DNA of 64,000 bases. It comes from Eledone cirrhosa. Taxonomy: Eukaryota. A program made the position numbers and the translations under genes. Below, one piece after another: positions 8,896 through 20,699 of the stretch. Location of the stretch: NCBI GenBank assembly GCA_964016885.1, contig OZ024742.1, forward strand, positions 300,204,001 through 300,268,000, written 5' to 3'. Below the pieces are notes generated by a model, which had not been told where the DNA came from, ran no database searches, and saw only the letters and a list, made by a program, of their open reading frames with translations. Position 1 is the first letter of the stretch. Every line of letters begins with the position of its first letter.

Positions 8896-11144
8896 CTAGC
8901 AGAAAAACCACCCTTAGGGTGGTTTTCTGCTAGCATGTGTAGTGTGTATATTGATATTATACGAAAGTATATATACATGTAGATATGATACGTCAAATAA
9001 AATCGTAATTGACAATATATAATACATAGAAATTGAACGCAGACTGTGTTACACTCTCTTATTTAATCAGTAACGTAATCGATGATACATTAAAAAAGAC
9101 GATATCTAATATATATTAGATATATATTTGAGAAATGGGTGGTGGTTGAAATTCAGATGTGCACGGTTAAATGGTAGTAGTAGACGTGGTCGAACTGACA
9201 TGAAAATTTACACACCTATGTAAAAAGTGCCAAGGAAGCAAATAGACGAGGTTTCAAATCTAACTTAAAAAGGTGGTCCCTAGGGCCCCAAAACTATCGC
9301 GTTCGGTGAGTTATTTCCCCCTGTTCTAATACTTTCTTATTTACAATTTCATACAAATAAAGCAGTAAATAAAGGATTATGAGAAAATATCAACTGTAAT
9401 GTATGTATGCATGTATTTATGTGTTTATATGAGCGGGGATATGCAAGTAAATCTTACTTTGTGGACAGCTTATCCTTAGCATAATATTCATGCTAGAACA
9501 GCATATATTTGAAAGTTTTCAGGGAGTTGAATTACTGATTTTGGATCGGCAGCTTTAGCTTTGAAAAAATGAAATGTGCAGTCTAAACATTTTTTATTAT
9601 TCCTCCGGGGATGAATCTTCTCTGCATTTTTCCATCTCTTTCTTTCTCTCTGGAAGAAATCAGCTGTAGTAAGACCTAAAAAAATGGTTAGATACACCAT
9701 GACGCACCGTGCATCACGGTGGAGTTGAAAAGCAGACTCAGAACATGGCGTTGTGTGGGGGTGGCTCGCAGCCCAATGTTCCAGGGGGAGCAAAAGAAGA
9801 AGAAGAAAAAGAAGTGAGCTGGAGTCCTATCAAATATGTAGGTTGTGTCTTAAATTGAAGGTTTAGTAGAAACAATTCATGTATAGTTTTGTACTTTTCT
9901 TTTTGTCATTCATATATAAACAAGTCAACTATATAAATTGGAAGTGGTCGGACGTTGTATATGTAGGTGTAGTCGGATAAACGTCGAAACGGCTTGGTGG
10001 AATGCAGCGAAAATTTACACAGTTATGCAGAATGACCCGAGGAGGCGTTGGGTCGACTTTCAAGCTACAATCTTCCATAGTCACGGAGAAAATCGATGAA
10101 ACAGGAATTTCCCATTCAAATTGAACTGAGAGTAATCTGTGAACGCAGAAGTAATTATTTCGAGAAACGTTGCAACCGAACGAAAACAGGAAGTCGATAT
10201 TTTGGTTCGTGAAGACGTTCCTTGGCAATGAACGGGGGGGGGGGGGGGATAATACGTCGTTATGTGGAGCGTAAAGAACAATTTCATGCAAAGACAAGAC
10301 CAAGTTTATGGTATAAATGGAATCGTTAGACTAATATTCTAATTAAAATAACAGAATGATTTCCAACCCCAGAGTTTAAGAATGATGTAAATAAAATTGA
10401 AAACGAAAATGACAGAGGTTATTAAAATAGTAAAAGTAAATAGTGAAGATTTAGGCCTGTACATACGTATGCCCCGACGGACACATAAAACCTTATGCAT
10501 TTCTACAGTATTTTCACCAAACTTAAGACATAGGTTACTTATGTACTCCGGATGGTCATGGGCACTGTAATTTTTCCAGATATTGATTATAGGCCCCACC
10601 CGGCAGATAACCCCTTTAACCATTTCCTTGGAGTCGACTGAAGCACTGCAGTGCAATGCAACAAAGCGTCATAACTTCTGGAGTTCACAACCGATTTTCA
10701 CAAAACTTGACACATGGGCTACGTTTGTCCTACAGATGAATGTGAACTCTCAGAATTGGCACATATTGGAAAAAGCCGATGCTTTTGTAAAAGTATAGTT
10801 TTCGAAGCAGCACTGAAGTATTGACATAAAATGTATACACACTGCTATTTAATATCCTAATGCAGTTTATATATAACCTCTGCTAGTTATATATAAACTG
10901 CATTAGGAGAAAATTAGTATGTTTATTTAAGCGATGGCCAACCGGAAAGTTGACATTTCAGAAATTTTAAAGTGAATCTTTAAATAAACAAAATATATTT
11001 AATCAACAGCCACAAAATTTAGTAGTTAAATTATGTAATATTCATTCATTATTTATTCAAAGTAATCCAACTTATTTTACAAATGCGATAAAAAAATTAT
11101 AAACCGTACGCAGTCCCGCGCTCCTTACTTTATTATAGTTTAGA
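8896..11144 (-). mobile_element. Non-autonomous Helitron, family H1 copy 2
   Basis: Same termini as 4086-6058. Removing it restores ATTCACA|TGAACAGG (IHMNR) of the RTE RT. Confidence 0.88.
9105..10886 (+). mobile_element. Non-autonomous Helitron, family H2, nested in H1 copy 2
   Basis: A|TC...CTAG|T. The empty site GACGATA|TTATATATAAACTGC is seen in H1 copy 1 (~4295). Homologous to 52472-54069. Confidence 0.88.
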
Positions 11145-11650
11145 TGAACAGGATTGACATGCTCAGCCGGGTTGGAAGTGGTATCATGACTGGTAGGTAA
11201 AATCAGTTGGCTGTTGCAGACGACAAATGAGTATTACTCAAGTCGACAGAAGATGATCTTCGATCTGCACTTAATAGGGAATGAAAATCAGTGCTGCGAA
11301 AAATGAGACACTCGTCCTCTAAAGGAAGCCTGCGCAGTGCACACTACATGTAAATAGATTTCCACTGAAGCAGGTAGAGAAGTTCAAGTACCTCGGGGCC
11401 TTGTTCACGAGTGATGGAAGGCAGGAGGCTGAATTAAGTGCCAAAATTGCAAAAGCTGGTGCAGTAATGCGCCAGCTTCAGCATTCAGTAATGAGAAGGG
11501 AGGTAGGCGTAAAAGCCAAACTGTCTTCAATTCGGTTTTCATGCCAACCCTTACCTCATGTAGAACCGCTACTTCTGCTTCTGACAAGACCCGAGGAGGG
11601 CGTAGTTGAGGACTCTGCACCCATGACCCTCTCAAGAATAAATGGGCGAA
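11145..11650 (+). mobile_element. Degenerate RTE-type RT fragment, right part
   Basis: QVEKFKYLGALFTSDGRQEAELSAKIAKA. Confidence 0.8.
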
Positions 11651-13049
11651 GAAGAACTATATTTTGGCACATATTACAAAATATTTGACCAATGAAATAT
11701 GATTGCTGTATTTTAACTAAAGTAGGAATTGTAGCAGAATATTCATTGTCATTTGATCAAAGTAAATCCAGATAAAAACATTATTTGTCTAGTGGTGTTA
11801 TTTTGAATACCACTCTCTTTTACAAGCGGCACATATAATGCTTCTCCCATAGATGAATCATTAGATATGTTGTCAGTAAAAAGGGCATGACCAAAAAATA
11901 CATTTGTATTTTCTTTTTTATTTACCTTCTTTCTTTTTTATGCACATTCAGCACCTCTGAAATTCAAAACACATGAAGGCTATTTTGACTTTTTTTTTTT
12001 TTTTTAACTATCTTCTTCCGCTTTCTGACACCATCATTATCATTAAGTAAAGTACTGATATTTACATGTCAAATTGTTCAGCTGTGGGACCTTGTTTACG
12101 TTGGAACAAGGTCGTGATGTCAATTGCAAACTGAAAACACAAAGACAAACCTACATACACACATAGATATGACAGGCTTCTGTACAGTTTCTGTATTGCA
12201 AATTCACTCACAAAATATTAGTTAGCCACACAGTTGGATAGAACCCAAAACCGTATAGCCTGTGGTACCTGTCAAGACTATATGTTGCTTCCATTTCATA
12301 ACAGTTATAGATTTACTAACAGATGAATCAAGCTGTACAATTATAGTCATTATTTGCACTTCAATTTTAATAAGCTGATGCATAAAATGTTATTCATGAT
12401 ATTAATACAGCTCATACCTACATAGGTTTTGCTATCTTTCTGAGGTTTCCTTTGTGCATTAACCCTTTTGATGCCAAACTGCTAAAAACTACTCAAAGTT
12501 CTATGATGAAAAAACTTCCATTATAACTTAAAGAACCTTTGTTAAGTTATGCTTCAAATACGAGTTTATAAATGAGAAACTTGTAATAGATTTTACTAAA
12601 TCCCTCCAATTTTTTTTTTATTGTTTTCAAAATTATTAGAAAATCATAGGTAGTGTTTTTCATTAGAAATATGGGAATGAAACGTTTAATCCTATCGTTA
12701 CTGAATTTCTAATGGAAATTCAGTAATGATAGTGTGTATTTTTGTAAGTGCGTCTGTGTTTTGCGCATTCATATTGATATACTCATACATATAAATGTAC
12801 TCATATGCACATATACACGCACACACAAATACACATACGCATCAGAATATTGAAAAAATTCTTGTATATGTAAAGTGTACATTTTCTTTCTGTTTCAGAA
12901 TGCTACTTTAAAACTGCAAAGTATTTGTACCAAACTGGAAATGTATTCTGTTTTTCCATTATTCACATCTTTGTTTCTTCAAAGTTACACCATCCACAAA
13001 TGATAAACTACAGAATCAAGGCAAGGAAATATGATGTATTGCTGATCTA

Positions 13050-13560
13050 TCAAATACATATGGTAAAACAAACATCTCTTTACCACTACTCCTGAAATGG
13101 TTATTCGTGTTACTACTGAGAAACCTTTAGGTGACTCTGATCATTGCCAATCTGTCTCTTATGGGCAGTAACAAAAACCACACCCATCTCCAAACTGTTC
13201 GCTTTGACTGGAATAAAGCAGATTGGAACTCTTACTGCACCAAGCTACAACACCCAAACTGGCTTGAATTTTACGACTCTGGAGATGTGAACACTATACT
13301 TCAGAACATCCTGAACTCAATATGTGCAGCATCAGTACCACATAAGCACAAAAAACATCCCAAAAGTGCAATTTGGGAGACTGCAGCAGTCCGACTTGCC
13401 AGGAAAGACTGTTGTAATGCCGAACGCGAATACAAACTGCATAAATCATATATCCATAGAAAAAAAACTGATTTCACTCCAAGCTTCTTTGGATATCAGC
13501 CATTCTGATTCTATCTCAACTTTTTGTCTTCCATGTTTCTCCAACAGTTGTTTTCAAAGG
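13050..13560 (+). mobile_element. CR1/Jockey-group LINE remnant (end of endonuclease plus linker)
   Basis: PLGDSDH followed by FDWNKADWNSY...NW...DVN...SVP. Confidence 0.6.
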
Positions 13561-13824
13561 CAATAAGATTTTGATGTCATCATCATATATATATATATAT
13601 ATATCCATCATCATCATCATCTTCCATGCTAGCATGGGTTAGATGGTTTTGTTCCAGTTGATGCCGAAGAGATTATTTTGGTAAAAACAGGAGCAAGTAG
13701 GAGGGCACCAGCAGAAGGACATGTCTTTGCTGCCGGCAGCATATCACAAAATCGAATTTCATCTGAGAATCCCATTCTCACCGCAACAACAAATGCATCT
13801 TGAAAAATTAAGGGAAGACTTTAA

Positions 13825-14029
13825 CCCTTTAGCATTTAAACTGACTGTATACGACCAGAATTCTCTAACCTCTTTCTGTTGAAACCGGCTGTAACCAGCC
13901 ACTCATACTGATGTTAAGGTATTGTTCTCAAAATAAATATCAAAATCTAATAGATTCCACATTATGTGAGGTAAAGCTTTTACAGTGAAAATACAATAGT
14001 ATATATAAAGTAATGTGAATGCTAAAGGG
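13825..14029. mobile_element. piggyBac-like MITE
   Basis: TTAA|CCCTTTAGCATT...AATGCTAAAGGG|TTAA. Confidence 0.8.
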
Positions 14030-14891
14030 TTAAAGTGCATTTCAAAAAGCTGTAGAAAATGTTCATATCTAACTAGTTTGTTTCAGCATTTCATTTAGAA
14101 ATAGAGAATACTGACAATGAATCTCACAAGATGAATACATTGATATAATAGTGTGGACTTCAAAAGTAAAATCCTCTGATTGTTGGATTAATGTAAATAA
14201 AGTTATGAAATACTCCCAAGATTAGCACAGTGATTGAGCCATTTTTACTTACATTCCTAAGTTAATACATGGTTCAAACTGGTTTTAGCCACACACATAC
14301 TGTTTAATCCTTTTGCAAACCAGACGTATCTGGCCAGAATTCTCTCACCTTTTTCTTCTCAAACTGGCCACTCATATTGATGTTAAGGTATTGTTCTCAA
14401 AATAAATATCAAAATCTCATACAGGTAAAATTTAGCTTCATGAGTTCCTTCTCCCTATTTTCCTGTGCTTATTGTGATGTCACTAATAACTAACTTCTGT
14501 TGTGTGGTGCATTCCTCTCCAGAGACGGTCTGCTTGTCATATTTTTTATAAGTAAAAAGTCAATCTGGCTTGTGTTTGCCTGATCGGGAGGTAATCAGAT
14601 GATTGGCCAATTTCCTAAAGTTAATATTGCACATATTTAATTCATTCACATCACAGAACTATAAGAATCTCACTCCCTCTTCATTTCCTGTGCCATAACC
14701 ATATTCACCATGTACGTCATGAGGGCTTTCTTTTTAATTTGATCATTAAATCTTAGTAAGCAGATCCTAATAAATTTTTGAATAACAATTTCAGTTTCCC
14801 CTCAAATTTGTCATTATTTACTTCAACCTTGTCAACATCAACCACAATCTCATTATCATCAGTCACAATTTTATCATCGTTGACTTATATC

Positions 14892-15012
14892 CATCATCAA
14901 CCTAAATAACATTGTTACCACTGACTTTAATTCATCATCATCATCAACCTAAATATCGGTTACCATTGACTTTAATTCATCATCATCAACCTAAATATTA
15001 TTGTTACCATTG
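14892..15012 (+). repeat. Three-copy ~43-bp minisatellite
   Basis: Repeats of CATCATCAACCTAAATA..GTTACCA.TGACTTTAATT. Confidence 0.8.
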
Positions 15013-15129
15013 GAATATGTTAAGAGAGTTCAGAAATGTGAATAAATAATAAAATGTTATTTGCTTGTGTCTATATCATGCTGTATATAGTAGAGTATGT
15101 AGTTTTAAATGTATGTATATTTACAGTGA

Positions 15130-15820
15130 ATATAACAAACAATATAGCAGATGATCAAACTCTTTTCACTCGGCTGGAAGGGCAGTGATAAAAGTAGGGT
15201 TGAAATAAATGAAACCAATACTGAATTTATGATATTTAATACACATGGTCAGCTGAGCACTTCAAATGGCGAAACTATTGAAGTTTCTGATTTCAAATAT
15301 CTTGGAGCATGGATCTCGTCAACAGAAAAAGAAATCAACACCAGAAAAGCCTTAACATGGTCGACCATAAACAAACTTAACAAAATATGGCAATCATCTC
15401 TATTGTGGAGACTAAAGTGAATGTTCTTCAAAGCCATAGTGTGTTACTCTACGAGTCGGAAGCATGGACACTTAATAACCCCCCCAAAAAAAGGCTAAAT
15501 AGATGTTACACAAGACTCCTGAGACACGCTTTCAACATATCTTGGCGACAGAGTCACAAATGGAGAACGCTATCTGGATAGTCCTCACGTGTCGGATATT
15601 GTTTGTCTAAGTAGGATATGTTTTGCGGGACATTGTTACAGGGCTAAAAACGAGTGTGTCGGCCATGTTCTTTTATGGAAGCCTGTGTACGGTCATAGAA
15701 GTAGAGGTCGTTTTGCAACAACGTATCTGGATATGGTATATGCTGACACGGGAAGAATTTTAATGGATCTTGGAGTGATAATGCTAGATTGAGACAAGGA
15801 AACTCGACTCGTGAATGAAT
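15130..15820 (+). mobile_element. Degenerate RTE LINE 3' fragment
   Basis: SDFKYLGAWI, SVLLYESEAWTL, FAGHCYR...LLWKP...RSRGR. Confidence 0.8.
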
Positions 15821-16859
15821 ATTTACAAAACTTTAAAAGTTTACATTCTTTTGCAATTCTGCAATAAGTAATCGGTGATGTCAATGCCTTACTTTTCATA
15901 ATAAAAAAAACCTCACACCATCCTACAGTAATGACGGAATTTAAGTTGGATGACAACAAAATTCAAGTTGACAGTGACAAAAGTGAGACTGACATTAACA
16001 AAATTGAAACTGAGAATAACAAGATTAAAGTTGATAATGATAAATTTGAGGCCCTAAAAAATGCTGAGTTTGCATTTTACTACATAGTCTTCTGCTAGGC
16101 ATAATGGAAAGAAGAGGAAAGTATATCCTTATAGATTATTAAATAACAATGAAACTCATCAGTTTCATCCACATCCAAAGCTACCTAACAAGCTTAATTT
16201 TTCAACAAGACTTTAAATAGGAATACCATCGTTTTTACGTCCACCCCTCCATAATGCCATAGATTAGACAAGACTTTTTTTTTAGGCAATTTTTCTGTGG
16301 CTGAATGCCTTTCCCGTTGCCAGCCCATACTATATTTATAAGTATTGTATATACTGTTCATCATCAAACCGCTAGGCTGCAAGATGTACAGTTTATGCAG
16401 GACATAAGCAAATATCACTAGTTGATTTACGTGCAAATTCACTTACAAAGCATTGGTTGACTTGAAACTATAGAAAACTTTTGCCCTTGGTACTGCACAG
16501 TTAAGACAGTATTTTATGGCTGAATGCCATTCCAGGTACCAACCCTTATGTGATTGTTGAACTGCTGAGTTGTAAGATATAAATAAACGTTACCATCAAA
16601 TGTCAAGTGGTATCAATGCAAAGCATAGACAAACACATGCAACATATATATATATGTATATAACTTGTACATTGTAATAAACACTTTACTCATACATTTT
16701 CAGTTTTTCCTTGTAAAAATACTACTTGTGAGGGTACCAAAGTAACTGGCAACCCTAGGGCCAGAGGCGTAAATAGGGTATGGCAAGTATGACACGTGCC
16801 ATGGATGCCACTTGGACTAGGAGCACGTTCTATTAAAGACAAATAAGCCTCGCCGGAGA

Positions 16860-18680
16860 CTGAAAGAAGAAACTCCTTCAAATGTATGATCTGTCTCTGA
16901 TTATCATGGGTGAGATCTAATTTGTCAACAGCCGATGAAATTGCTATTGTATTCAGAAACGAAGAAGGCGAACCACCATTTTGTAGAGATTTTAAAGTAT
17001 ATCCAAGGAACACTGAGGCTTCTACTATAAATCTCAACATATTGAGCCCAAATCTTGATCCAATGATGTACGTATTGTTTTTCCCACACGGCGAACCAGG
17101 ATGGCAACAAAACATTTCAATGCTTCAACATATAATTTCTTTAACTGATGTAAGGGATAATGAATTCAATCCCCTTTTGCACGGCGGAAAAATTGTTAGT
17201 TGAAGCTAACAATTTAAATTACATACGAACACAACAAAACAATATCAAGGACTTGCTGACCATTTAGCCAATGTAGCAAATACTGAAGATGATCGAATTG
17301 GACGGACAGTCATTCTTCCATCATCATTCCAAGGATCAGTAAGAAATATGAGAGAGCGATACCAAGATGCATTAGCAATGGTGAGGAAATTTGGTCTACC
17401 TAATATATTTCTTACAATGACATGTAACCCTAATTGGCTCGAGATACAAAACAACTTTTTTCCAGGTCAAACAGCTTCCAGTAGACCAGATCTAGTGGCT
17501 CAGGTGTTCAGTATTAAGTTGCAGGAACTAATAATTGATGTAATAAAAAGACACGTGATTGGCCGAGTTGGCGCACATTGTTACACCATAGAATTTCAGA
17601 AGAGAGGACTACCGCACGCCCATTTATTATTAATATTTCACCCAGAAGATAAACCAAACTCAACTGAAAGAATTGACAAAATTGTCCTCTATGAAATTTA
17701 TGATTCATGGTCTTTGTGGTGAGCAAAACCCTAATGCATCATGCATGGAAAATAACAACTGCTCAAAAGGCTTTCCCAAACAATTTCAACAGGAAACCTT
17801 TAAAAACCGAGATAGTTATCCATCCCACAAAAGACGTCCGGGTTCAACATTAACCGTTTGTCAGAAAGTAGTAGACAACCGATATGTTGTACCTTATAAA
17901 AAATATCAACTGCCACGTCAATCTAGAAATTTGCGTCTTCATCCACTCAGTGAAATATGTGTATAAATACATATACAAAGGCTATGATTCCATAACCGTA
18001 GGCATCAACGAAGCAACTGGCAGCAATGCCATAATTCATGATGAAATCAAGAATTTTCTAGATGCCAGATATGTGAGTGCTCCAGCAGGAATGTGGAGAT
18101 TGCTTGAATTCAAAATGTATGACAAATCCCACGCAATTATTCGCCTTCCTGTTCATCTCCCGCAAAAACAGCCCGTCTAGTTTGAGGAGGTACAAGAAAG
18201 ACGAGCGCTAGAAAGAGCTGCGCAACGCAACACTCCGCTGACAACATGGTTCTTGCTCAACCAAAATGATGAAAATGCAAAATTCATTACTGGCAGTAAA
18301 AAAGGAAATGAAGCTTTCATACCACAAGTTGACCTGCGTTCGAGTGAAACAGATCTACTCTTCAATATGAGCAGACTGCAGTTCCCTGTGATACCAGCTT
18401 TTTTCCTGACCATGGACAAAGCTTCGAAAAAGTTGGTATTTACTTGCCTGCTCCCGTATTTAGTCAGGGTCAGCTTTATGTGGCATTAAGTCGTACGAGA
18501 AGGAAGGAAAACTTAAACATTCTTTTGAAGGAAACAAGCAGTCAAGGCACGTTGGCGGATAGATTTTTCACAAAAGAATTCGTAATAAAAGAATTATTAA
18601 ACCAAAAACTTGGTTTTGTACCTCTTTATATGTAAAATACTACAATTAGCCGTCATTTTTGACGGCACGGTGCCAGCTAG
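16860..18680 (+). mobile_element. Internally deleted, decayed Helitron (Rep and helicase remnants)
   Basis: LPSSFQGS.RNMRERYQDA, FLTMTCNPNW, EFQKRGLPHAHLL, SVKYVYKYIYKG, RLQFPV, VFSQGQLYVALSR. 3' hairpin GCCGTC/GACGGC plus CTAG. Confidence 0.9.
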
Positions 18681-18989
18681 CATAATATTTATTGTTTGTT
18701 TTTTTTTTGCTGGGGGTTGGGGGTGTAAATCATATTCATTAGTATGAATTGTGTTTACATGTAGATGTTATAATTAAATATTCACAATATAAACACAAAG
18801 TCAGAAGCTGTATGGTTGATGAAAGTTCTAGAAAACGGGAAAACCCAGCTTTTAGCATCACTGAATATCGATCGTTTCCTTCACTAAAGTCGTAAAAAAA
18901 ATACTAAAAATCCTCAATAATTTTGATTGGATATTGTATAACTATCATCATATCGCAAATAATCTCCAGTCATCAAATTGCAGCTCTTC

Positions 18990-19399
18990 AACAGCATTAT
19001 AATCACAACATATATGCTAGTGAAACCTGGAAAATGACTGCCAAAATGCTAAAGAAGCTCAACGTTTTGCAACAAAGATGCATAAGAAACATCCTGAAAA
19101 TCACTTATCGAGACTGGATTACTAATGGAGAGGTGCTGAAGAGAAGTAAACAGAGGCTATTGACTGACACCATTGTTGAAAGGCACATGAAACAGGCTGC
19201 ACAGACCCCGCGCATGTCTGAGTACCGAAACCCATCTATGGCAAGCGGAAAAAAGAAAACCTGGCATTCAACTTTCAAAGAAGATCTCCAGGGGATTGGA
19301 ATGGACTGGGAAACTACGCAAGATACCGTGGCTGGTCGTGTAAATTGGAGAAGACTCGTTACCCAATATGTCCCAGGGCATAAGAGGACGAAAGACTAA
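18990..19399 (+). mobile_element. RTE LINE 3' fragment
   Basis: YASETWKMT...RCIRNILKITYRDWITNGEVL...WRRLV. Confidence 0.75.
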
Positions 19400-20099
19400 G
19401 ACATCATATATGAACAAATGCCTTCTCTATTCTGTCCGTCGGGGTCGCCAGCGCGTAGGCCCTCATTTGCTTATAATAGTGAAAGATGGGAAGAGCGAGA
19501 GAGACGGAGGCAGTGACTATACCAGTATTACTGAAGTATTTTGTAGAGTTAAAGGTTAAGTGATTTAAGACCCATCCTATAGACCAAAGGTTCTCATGGA
19601 GGGGGGGGGGGCTTTGAAGCTAGGGGGCACTGGAAGGGTATTTAGGTAAGTTTTATAAGCCATATTTGTACGTCTCTGAGACAGTGTGGATGCATTTGAA
19701 TGAAGAAAACGAAGAAAATAAATAAAAGAAGCTTGTCAACGAATTCCCTATGGAGATGAAAGAAATCAAAGATATGAAAATATGGACAACAGTTACAAGA
19801 ACAACAGAAATGACAAGAAAAAAAGCAATGGTGATGACATATAATCATACACACATGCATACGTACATACACATATATACACACACAGGCCGGCGTTGGT
19901 GTTTGATGATATTGAGAACCTGGTCAGCTTTCAGCCAGAGTTGTATTTAATCTCCCTAGGTAATAAAATCTGGAGACAAAATGTTCTCTTTACCAAAAAA
20001 AAAAACATAAATCATATTAACATCCTTATACACTTAAATATAAATGCACGTATATATACAAATGTATAAATACATAGATAAATGTATGTATATATGTAG

Positions 20100-20174
<75 letters not shown>

Positions 20175-20388
20175 TCTTTTTTCAGTCTGGTCTACCTCTG
20201 GTGGTAGGGTCCGTACCGTAGATAGAACTCAATGTAATCTTGTAAAATCCATAGAGAAGCTGTGTGTTTCGCTGAATTAATTCTTTAGATACAGAGTCAG
20301 ATATTAGGTATTAAATTAACAATAAAAATAAAAACAAAGTTATAAAGTAACTTGACTTTGTTCTTTTTATTTTCATTGTTAATTTGAT

Positions 20389-20435
<47 letters not shown>

Positions 20436-20569
20436 ACACACATATATATATATATGAAAACAGGGAGAAAGAGACGATTATTAGGAAGAAAAAAATATTT
20501 TTTTCCTTTTTTATTTCTCTCTTTTTTTCTGGGTTAGAAAATGATTAAAACGAAATGTTTTATTTTGTG

Positions 20570-20698
20570 TGAAGTGTTAAGGTATTAGTTGATTTTTGAT
20601 TCCCAACCACATGTTTCCGGGTTCAGTCCCACTGCCCGGGTCGACCAAAGTCTTTTGAGTGGATTTGATAGACCGAAAGTAAAAGAAGCGCGTCGTAT
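20570..20698 (+). mobile_element. Degenerate tRNA-derived SINE
   Basis: B-box-like GGGTTCAGTCCC and tail GTGGATTTGATAGAC.GAAA...AAGAAGC.CGTCGTATAT. Related decayed copies on the minus strand near 12170-12255 and 16430-16500. Confidence 0.55.
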
Positions 20699-20699
20699 A

